From an uncultured virus (IMG/VR IMGVR_UViG_3300021375_000010) (Duplodnaviria; Heunggongvirae; Uroviricota; Caudoviricetes), in the IMG/VR virus record IMGVR_UViG_3300021375_000010: 64,000 nt of DNA; one strand, written 5' to 3'. The notes below the pieces were generated by a model. It ran no database searches and was not told the origin of the DNA. It saw nothing but the letters and a program-made list of their open reading frames with translations. Positions 57,722-64,000 of the stretch are shown one piece after another (the stretch's first letter is position 1; each line of letters begins with the position of its first letter). The position numbers were made by a program, and so were the translations under genes.

Positions 57722-57968
57722 GGAATACAAAACTATGGAAGCGGAGTATGCTGGAGGCATTACACTTCAATTCAAGTTTGAGAATGGGTACGGTGCCAGT
57801 GTAGTGAAACATGATTTCAGTTACGGTGGTCAAGATGGTCTTTGGGAAGTCGCAGTACTTGACGAAGATTTACAGATATGTTACCATACACCTATAACAC
57901 AAGATGTTATTGGTTATCAGACGTGGAAACAAGTCGAAAAAATTTGTGAGGAGATACAATCATTATGA
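57711..57968 (+). CDS. Early hypothetical protein
   Basis: FENGYGASVV...SYGG..GLWEVAVL. Confidence 0.7.
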   Translation: MQLKEYKTMEAEYAGGITLQFKFENGYGASVVKHDFSYGGQDGLWEVAVLDEDLQICYHTPITQDVIGYQTWKQVEKICEEIQSL

Positions 57969-58162
57969 CATTTACTTTTGAACAAGCAAAACTTATTGCA
58001 TCCAGTACTGGTGGAAAGCTCAGTGCAGATGATGTGATGAATCTTGCAACTTATGGAACAACCAATGCTATGGACATGGCACCCGAAGAGGTGGGCGAAG
58101 GTTGTCCTTGTGGGGTGAAAAATTGCCCCGATGAATACGACCATGTCACACATGGAGTATAG
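57965..58162 (+). CDS. Small hypothetical protein
   Basis: ATGA coupling; CPCG..NC...Y.H...G. Confidence 0.6.
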   Translation: MTFTFEQAKLIASSTGGKLSADDVMNLATYGTTNAMDMAPEEVGEGCPCGVKNCPDEYDHVTHGV

Positions 58163-58163
58163 C

Positions 58164-59792
58164 ATGAAATATTTGTTAAGTTTAATATCCCTAACCATAT
58201 TAGTTGGTTGCGGAGGCGGTGGTGGAGCTGCTGGGGTCTTAACCCCTGTAGTCGCTCCTTCTGGCATAACCTATTACACAGGTTTTACCACAACCACTTT
58301 AGATGATGTCACTAACCAGTTTGTGGTTATTGATGGATACATCGAAGGTGCTAATGTGTTCCTTGATTGGAATTACAATGGTATTCAAGATACAGGTGAG
58401 GCATCAGCAAGTTGGATGGGTGTAGACCCTGTTGTTACTATTTGCACCAGTTACGATTCCCAAGGATGTATTGAGACTGGAACATATGACCCGCCAGATA
58501 ATTATTACTACTTTCTAACAAGGGAGTCTGAAGAATATGCACCAAGTGATTTCAATGGACAGTTTCTAGATGACAATATATCAGATTATTCATCCTACTG
58601 TAAATCATTAAGACCAGTGATGTCTGTGGTACCCGAAGGTGCTTATGATTCTGATAGGGGATATGTAGACACTGCATACGAAATGATGGCGATGCCAAGT
58701 GTATTGGAGAGGGACATTACTAACGGAACTAACATCACTCCATTCACAACATTAATCAATCCCCTCTTTTCATCTTTGATGGTAACAGATTATCCAATTG
58801 ATGAATCATGTAGCACAGGTGCTATATCTCAAGGCGAGAACATCGTCCAATCAATAGAACAGTACATCAATACATTTTTAGAAATGTACAATATCAGTTT
58901 AGATTTCTTCTATGAGGACTTCTTTAAATCCGAGGACGTTGCAAAACAACAATTAGCGATGGACATTGTTGACATCATATCAACAGTAACAACTGCTAAG
59001 GATATTTTAGAGGATACTGTTAACTTACCTTATAGGTATGTCTTTAGTGAAGGAGTCATGTCAGATGTTATGAGTGGCAATTTCACCACACTAGATTTTG
59101 ATATAAATCATAAAATAGAAGAGTCACAAGTGTTCAACGATTTAGTGACTTACTCAGAAAGTTTGTATAGTGGCATTACAACAGACAAAGATGGTAACCT
59201 ATATTCATATGAGGGAGACATCATCCCCATGTCATTTGGTAATATCTCTGTATCTGCTTCTAGTGTAGAAACATCCACAGTCCATCAAGCAACAAATATT
59301 ATGGGAATGGATGACGTACATCTTTATTCTACAGTTGCAAGTGGTTATGATAATGGTATCCTATCAGATACTAGTTTTACTAGAGTGCAATTCTCCAAAC
59401 CAAACTATTATAGGTCAATGCAAACCAATCAAAGAGGTAAACTTTTTTGGGTCACACATGACTATAGATTTTCTATTGCCTTTGGGCCTGGCAACCCTAT
59501 GGCCAACTTCAATACGAATTCTGTAGTTAACAATGGTGACTTGAATACCGCTCAAGATATTTTAAATTCCATCAATAGTGTATCACATTATATAGAAGAT
59601 GCTCAGAATACCATCTCATATTTGTACGCTGGTGATGAATTGCAGTATGCAAAAACAATTGACGGAATAGAATACACATATTCATACACCGTTGGTGGTG
59701 ACGAATTCTGTTTGACATATGACACTAGTACACAATCAGAATCATTCAATAGAACTAATCCTTATGTACAGTGTTCGGAGTTAATACAATGA
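58164..59792 (+). CDS. Large lipoprotein
   Basis: Lipobox LVGC-GGGGG; VIDGYIEGANVFLDWNYNG..D.GE; NITPFTT. Confidence 0.75.
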   Translation: MKYLLSLISLTILVGCGGGGGAAGVLTPVVAPSGITYYTGFTTTTLDDVTNQFVVIDGYIEGANVFLDWNYNGIQDTGEASASWMGVDPVVTICTSYDSQGCIETGTYDPPDNYYYFLTRESEEYAPSDFNGQFLDDNISDYSSYCKSLRPVMSVVPEGAYDSDRGYVDTAYEMMAMPSVLERDITNGTNITPFTTLINPLFSSLMVTDYPIDESCSTGAISQGENIVQSIEQYINTFLEMYNISLDFFYEDFFKSEDVAKQQLAMDIVDIISTVTTAKDILEDTVNLPYRYVFSEGVMSDVMSGNFTTLDFDINHKIEESQVFNDLVTYSESLYSGITTDKDGNLYSYEGDIIPMSFGNISVSASSVETSTVHQATNIMGMDDVHLYSTVASGYDNGILSDTSFTRVQFSKPNYYRSMQTNQRGKLFWVTHDYRFSIAFGPGNPMANFNTNSVVNNGDLNTAQDILNSINSVSHYIEDAQNTISYLYAGDELQYAKTIDGIEYTYSYTVGGDEFCLTYDTSTQSESFNRTNPYVQCSELIQ

Positions 59793-60292
59793 AAATGAGA
59801 CACTTAAGTTTTTTATCAGGCGCCTTGTTAGGTTTCCTGTGTGGTGTTATGACAATGAAGGTTGAGGCGTCAGACCCCAACGGAGAAATCTATTGCATGG
59901 CACAGAACATTTATTTTGAGGCAGGTAATCAACCACTCGCTGGTAAGATTGCTGTATCGCAAGTAGTGTTAAACAGGGTTGAACATTATGCTTATCCCGA
60001 TACTGTTTGTGGTGTGGTATACCAAGCAAAGTTGAGAACAAATTGGAAAGGTGAAATGGTTCCTAAAATCAACGCTTGTCAATTCAGTTGGTATTGTGAT
60101 GGTAAGTCAGACAACCCAGTAGACAGTGTAACTTGGTTATCCTCTATGCACATTGCAAGAGATGTGATACAATCTAAGTATGGTGACATTACAGAAGGTG
60201 CAACACATTATCATGCAACTTGGACATTACCATATTGGGCAGACTCATTGAACGAGACTGTGGTTATTAACGAACACATATTTTACAAATAA
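59789..60292 (+). CDS. Cell wall hydrolase (SleB/Hydrolase_2)
   Basis: CMAQNIYFEA, VVLNRV, CQFSWYCDG, GATHYHA, HIFY. Confidence 0.92.
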   Translation: MKMRHLSFLSGALLGFLCGVMTMKVEASDPNGEIYCMAQNIYFEAGNQPLAGKIAVSQVVLNRVEHYAYPDTVCGVVYQAKLRTNWKGEMVPKINACQFSWYCDGKSDNPVDSVTWLSSMHIARDVIQSKYGDITEGATHYHATWTLPYWADSLNETVVINEHIFYK

Positions 60293-60294
60293 TT

Positions 60295-60831
60295 ATGAAT
60301 TTATTTTACTTAGACAAAGACCCCGAAATCTCTGCAACACTACATTGTGATAAACATGTAGTAAAGATGATTATCGAGTACGCTCAGATGCTATCTACCG
60401 CACATAGAATGCTAGACGGTACTCAGTATACCGATGCATCTAGTGGACGTAGAATCCAAAGATGGGCGCTGAATGATACAAACATGGAAGATGTGTTATA
60501 TAAAGCATCCCATATCAATCACCCCTCTACTAGGTGGGTTCGTGAGAATGCAATTCAGTATCAGTATGCATATGATATGTTTACTGCACTGTGTGACGAA
60601 TACACTCACAGATATAAAAAGATTCATGCAACTGATTTTAAACTTAGAGTATTACTTAATCAGTTACCAAACAAGATTGCACTAGGTGAATGGTCAGAAC
60701 CGCCTCAGTGTATGCCAGACGATGTGAAGATGGAATCGACTCTCGATGCATACCATAAATACTATGCAGTCTACAAGAAGGAATTCGCAAAGTGGACAGA
60801 ACGTGACGTACCAACTTTTATGAGTTTATAA
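60295..60831 (+). CDS. denV: Pyrimidine-dimer DNA glycosylase-like (DenV family)
   Basis: MNLFYLD, HCDKHVVKM..E.AQML, H.NHP, PPQCMP. Confidence 0.75.
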   Translation: MNLFYLDKDPEISATLHCDKHVVKMIIEYAQMLSTAHRMLDGTQYTDASSGRRIQRWALNDTNMEDVLYKASHINHPSTRWVRENAIQYQYAYDMFTALCDEYTHRYKKIHATDFKLRVLLNQLPNKIALGEWSEPPQCMPDDVKMESTLDAYHKYYAVYKKEFAKWTERDVPTFMSL

Positions 60832-60832
60832 T

Positions 60833-61141
60833 ATGCCAACATACGATTTCTTAAATACCGAAACTGGTGAAGTGACAGAACACTTCATGTCTTACACTAA
60901 GTTAGACCAGTTCAAAGAAGATAACCCCCACTTAAAACAACAAATATGCGCCCCTAGAATTGTAGGTGGTCATGGTGACAGAGTTAAAGCGCCCGATGGG
61001 TTTAATGATGTACTTAAGAATATCGCCTCCAAAAATATCGACACTCCACTTGGGGAAAGATATCACAGAAAAGATGCTAAAGAAGTTAAGACAAGAGAAA
61101 CAATAAAAAAGCATATTGACATTCAAAGCAGAAAGAAGTAA
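60833..61141 (+). CDS. FmdB-like regulatory protein
   Basis: MPTYDF....GE, NPHL, DGF.DVL. Confidence 0.7.
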   Translation: MPTYDFLNTETGEVTEHFMSYTKLDQFKEDNPHLKQQICAPRIVGGHGDRVKAPDGFNDVLKNIASKNIDTPLGERYHRKDAKEVKTRETIKKHIDIQSRKK

Positions 61142-61155
61142 AATAGGTATATATT

Positions 61156-61815
61156 ATGATAGATTTACATGAACTAGAACTACTCGATATGAAAGCCGAA
61201 TCGGTGGACGGAAAGCGACTTTACGAAACACCCGAAGGTAATAAGTATCCAAGTGTCACAACTGTAACAGGTCTTCTTAACAAAGAACATATAAAGTTGT
61301 GGAGAGCTAGAGTTGGTGAACAAGAAGCGAATAAGATTACCGCACAGGCGACAAAACGTGGTACTAAGATGCATGACATCTTTGAAAAGTATCTTAGACA
61401 AGAAGAAGAAATTATCTTTGATAACATTCTTCAAGAACAGATGTTCAATTCCGCTTTACCCTTATTAGATGAAATCCAGCCGATCGCTCTAGAAGCGCCT
61501 CTGTATTCCGATACACTTAAGATGGCGGGAAGAGTGGATTGTGTTGGTCTATTCGAAGATAAACTTACAATCATTGATTTCAAAACATCAAGTAAGTGGA
61601 AAGAAGAATACATGGCAAAACCATGGTTTATTCAGATGACTGCTTACGCTATGATGGTTGAAGAGATGACTGGTTATGAAGTTGAGGAGATTCTTGCTAT
61701 TGTTGTAGTAGAGGGTCAAACAGGTGGTGTTCAGGCATTTGGGAGTTTTCCAAATGAACACGTTGATGAATTAGTTAGTTTACGAAAACAGTACACTAAC
61801 TTATACGGAGTATAA
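61156..61815 (+). CDS. PD-(D/E)xK exonuclease
   Basis: YPSVTT, RGT..H, AGRVDC, IIDFKTS, Q..AY. Confidence 0.88.
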   Translation: MIDLHELELLDMKAESVDGKRLYETPEGNKYPSVTTVTGLLNKEHIKLWRARVGEQEANKITAQATKRGTKMHDIFEKYLRQEEEIIFDNILQEQMFNSALPLLDEIQPIALEAPLYSDTLKMAGRVDCVGLFEDKLTIIDFKTSSKWKEEYMAKPWFIQMTAYAMMVEEMTGYEVEEILAIVVVEGQTGGVQAFGSFPNEHVDELVSLRKQYTNLYGV

Positions 61816-61816
61816 T

Positions 61817-62122
61817 ATGAGTGAAGTGAAAGAATTTAATTTAGAAGGAGATTTCAATTGGAATAAGATAATCTCTAAAGGTGATGAGTGGGTTGAGTCT
61901 CAAGCATACGATAGTGCATATGATACACTATTAGAGTATCTTGGAATTGACAGTGAGGAAGACATAACAGAAGAACTGTTAGACACTGCAGACCACCTCA
62001 TAGATTACCTAACAACACCTTATGCAGAAGGTGGTCTTGGTGTTCATGACACTAGTCCAACTTACTATGCTTACTATAGTATAGTTAGAGATTGGAGAGA
62101 CAACTTAGAGTATGGAGACTAA
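61817..62122 (+). CDS. Acidic hypothetical protein
   Basis: GGAG RBS. Confidence 0.65.
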   Translation: MSEVKEFNLEGDFNWNKIISKGDEWVESQAYDSAYDTLLEYLGIDSEEDITEELLDTADHLIDYLTTPYAEGGLGVHDTSPTYYAYYSIVRDWRDNLEYGD

Positions 62123-62123
62123 A

Positions 62124-62579
62124 ATGCAAATTGAAGTAGGAAAAGAATATACGATTTATCCCAAGTATAAAAAATCGTATACAGAACGTGAAGTGTTCAA
62201 GGACAATGATAGTGAAGATAGAGTTGTCATTGAAGCACTTTGGAGAAGTGGTGCATATATCATCAAGGTAACTAACGAAGAAGAGAAGGAAACCTTAGAA
62301 GCATATATGTCAGAAGGTGCAACTGGTGATATGGAACCATGTGAATTCGAAGAGAATGAATTTGTGGAGTCTTTTGATGAGTGTGGACGTGATGTTTATG
62401 TTCACCTTGCAGAAGGTAGTAAAGCAGATGAAGATTCAATTCTAGAAGCAGTCGAAGAAGAAGGACATGATTGGTTTTGGGATAATAACTATGATTCATG
62501 GGATGCAGAACACTTCTTTGGTTTACCATTACAGGTAGATGAGGTTGACCCCGATAACAGATATAACTTGAGGTTCTGA
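62124..62579 (+). CDS. Acidic hypothetical protein
   Basis: GGAG RBS; KKS..E.E...WR.G. Confidence 0.65.
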   Translation: MQIEVGKEYTIYPKYKKSYTEREVFKDNDSEDRVVIEALWRSGAYIIKVTNEEEKETLEAYMSEGATGDMEPCEFEENEFVESFDECGRDVYVHLAEGSKADEDSILEAVEEEGHDWFWDNNYDSWDAEHFFGLPLQVDEVDPDNRYNLRF

Positions 62580-62818
62580 TGATTACTAAGAAAAATTTTA
62601 CAGAACAAGTTGAAAAACTAATTGTACGTGGAAGAGGTTGTGATGTAATGTCAGCAATCATTAAAGTGTGCGAAACAAACAGTCTTGAACCCGAAAGTGC
62701 TAAGAGACTATTATCAAATCCGCTAAAAGAAAAACTTGAAGCAGAGGCTCAAAAATTAAACCTAATCAATCGTGGCCAAGTGAGTCAGGCAAATATCACG
62801 AAATTTTATGAGGACTAA
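62579..62818 (+). CDS. 33: Late transcription coactivator (gp33)
   Basis: F...VE...AI...CE...LEPE...L...LKEKLEAEA..LN; synteny with 59-32. Confidence 0.88.
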   Translation: MITKKNFTEQVEKLIVRGRGCDVMSAIIKVCETNSLEPESAKRLLSNPLKEKLEAEAQKLNLINRGQVSQANITKFYED

Positions 62819-62819
62819 A

Positions 62820-63122
62820 ATGAAAGAATTAATTAATGAGGTAATAACAATTGTTACTGCCACAGGTGAGTACGTTGGTAAACTGGATACACTCCAGCAA
62901 GACGACACTTCAGTTGTACTATCTAACCCTAGGATGATTATCCAAAACCAAGAAGGTCAAATGGGATTCGCTAGGGGAGTTGCTGTAACAGGTGAAGAGA
63001 ACCCTAAGACAATGGTTGTGAAAGACTACATCTTTATGTGTGCAACCAATGACAAAGTCACAGAAGCATATAACACTGCTACTGGTGAAATCCATATCCC
63101 CGAGAAAAAGATTATTACTTAA
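62820..63122 (+). CDS. Sm-like hypothetical protein
   Basis: TIVTATGEYVGKL...L.NPR. Confidence 0.65.
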   Translation: MKELINEVITIVTATGEYVGKLDTLQQDDTSVVLSNPRMIIQNQEGQMGFARGVAVTGEENPKTMVVKDYIFMCATNDKVTEAYNTATGEIHIPEKKIIT

Positions 63123-63712
63123 TGACATCTAGGGATGGATATGATGCATATACGTTGTACCTTGGAATTAAGTTACACTTCAATTCTAAGGATTATGACT
63201 TCATTAAATACAACGGAAAAGTACGAAGTGATATCAACTCTTTCCTAAAGCGGAAAGATAAGTTTCACTTTGGAAAACTTCACAAAATTTATAAAGATAA
63301 CCTACAAGACTTCTATATCGCCAATCTATCTCAGAAAGATAGTTGGGCGGGAGACTTGTTAAACGAAGAAGCAGAACGTGTCTACGCCGATTGGAGAAAA
63401 CGTCAACAGAAGTTGTCGTATATGTTTCAATCAGAAGTGTCAGATGTGTTACGTAAAAGAACAATACAAAAAGTTCTAGAAGTAAAGAACGGTCAGCATC
63501 CTTGGTTATTACGAGACTATCTAGCAAAGAATGTCTCACTCGAAACTCTTTGTATCATGGATGAGATAATCGGGTTCACTACAGATTGGGAGAGACTAAT
63601 CTCTGAGAAGGTAGTGTACCCCGATGTCCATACTAAGATACGAAAGTACAAGACGTTTATAAGTGTAGACCATAAGAAATTTAAAAAGATTCTTTTGGAT
63701 GTATGTTCATAA
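63122..63712 (+). CDS. 59: Helicase loader (gp59)
   Basis: Y..YL..KLHF...YDF.KY.GK, KRKD..F, SLET; precedes gp32. Confidence 0.9.
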   Translation: MTSRDGYDAYTLYLGIKLHFNSKDYDFIKYNGKVRSDINSFLKRKDKFHFGKLHKIYKDNLQDFYIANLSQKDSWAGDLLNEEAERVYADWRKRQQKLSYMFQSEVSDVLRKRTIQKVLEVKNGQHPWLLRDYLAKNVSLETLCIMDEIIGFTTDWERLISEKVVYPDVHTKIRKYKTFISVDHKKFKKILLDVCS

Positions 63713-63781
63713 ACGCCTAAATAAAATCGTCTATTATAAAAACCCTCTTGTATTATTGCAAGTGATGACGTATAATAGATT

Positions 63782-63824
63782 AATACAATGCAAATACAAT
63801 GTTAATACAATAGGAGAATACAAT
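63782..63824 (+). repeat. Four AATACAAT direct repeats in gp32 leader
   Basis: Copies at 63782, 63793, 63804, 63817; last includes AT of the start codon. Confidence 0.85.
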
Positions 63825-64000
63825 GTCAGCATCATTAGATAAACTAAGAGCAGCTATGGAAACTGCTTCACCTACAGAAGGTGCAAAAAAATCCTACACA
63901 GACGACACGATGTGGAAACCCGAACTTGATAAAACAGGTAACGGTTTTGCGGTAGTTCGTTTTCTACCCACACCCGAGGGAGAAGAGATGCCATGGGTAT
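63823..64000 (+). CDS. 32: ssDNA-binding protein gp32 (5' part, truncated by window)
   Basis: MSASLDKL...DDTMWKPELDKTGNGFAVVRFLP...MPWV; AGGAG RBS. Confidence 0.93.
   Translation, partial: MSASLDKLRAAMETASPTEGAKKSYTDDTMWKPELDKTGNGFAVVRFLPTPEGEEMPWV

Noticed and set aside
61156..61815. Cas4/CRISPR system
   Set aside because: Ordinary T4-like PD-(D/E)xK exonuclease without the Fe-S cysteines; no array or other cas genes in the window
718..63539. Numerous minus-strand ORFs of 60-210 aa in the ORF track (e.g. 21620-22252, 14756-15319)
   Set aside because: They are antisense shadows of well-supported + strand genes, with no RBS or motifs; only 39618-39848 is credible
1..64000. Alternative genetic code or stop-codon reassignment
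   Set aside because: Core genes are full length in code 11 and end in TAA, TAG and TGA; no suppressor tRNA seen

Overview
A 64-kb segment of a large, AT-rich T4-like (Tevenvirinae/Kyanoviridae-like) myophage genome. It is probably aquatic, with a Gram-negative host; no photosynthesis genes are in this window. Almost all genes are on the + strand. Core genes: gp43, UvsX, gp41, gp61, NrdA/NrdB/NrdC, RNase H, gp33, gp59 and the start of gp32. There is a late block of probable head/internal proteins (14-25 kb), lysozyme, spanins and a cell-wall hydrolase. Accessory enzymes include Hsp20, peroxiredoxin, glycosyltransferases, seven 2OG-Fe(II) oxygenases, a split carbamoyltransferase, IscA, a RimK-protease fusion, radical SAM, a GmrSD-like nuclease and MazG, plus three tRNAs. 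Most striking observations: (1) a tRNA-Gly with the very rare ACC anticodon sits in an operon with a DUF4338/Mom-like protein, a cytidylyltransferase and a glycosyltransferase, a candidate tRNA-dependent modification system; (2) GATC is essentially purged from the window, and the four survivors I found all lie in the same dispersed motif (core GCCGATCGCT) inside unrelated genes; (3) CCGG/CCWGG/CCAGA are tolerated almost only next to GpC, hinting at GpC cytosine modification; (4) a ~350-nt GC-rich structured non-coding element lies next to a GC-skew switch (~39.8-41.2 kb); (5) several enzymes carry T4-like capsid-targeting N-termini. All calls come from motif recognition by eye; no database searches or programs were run.
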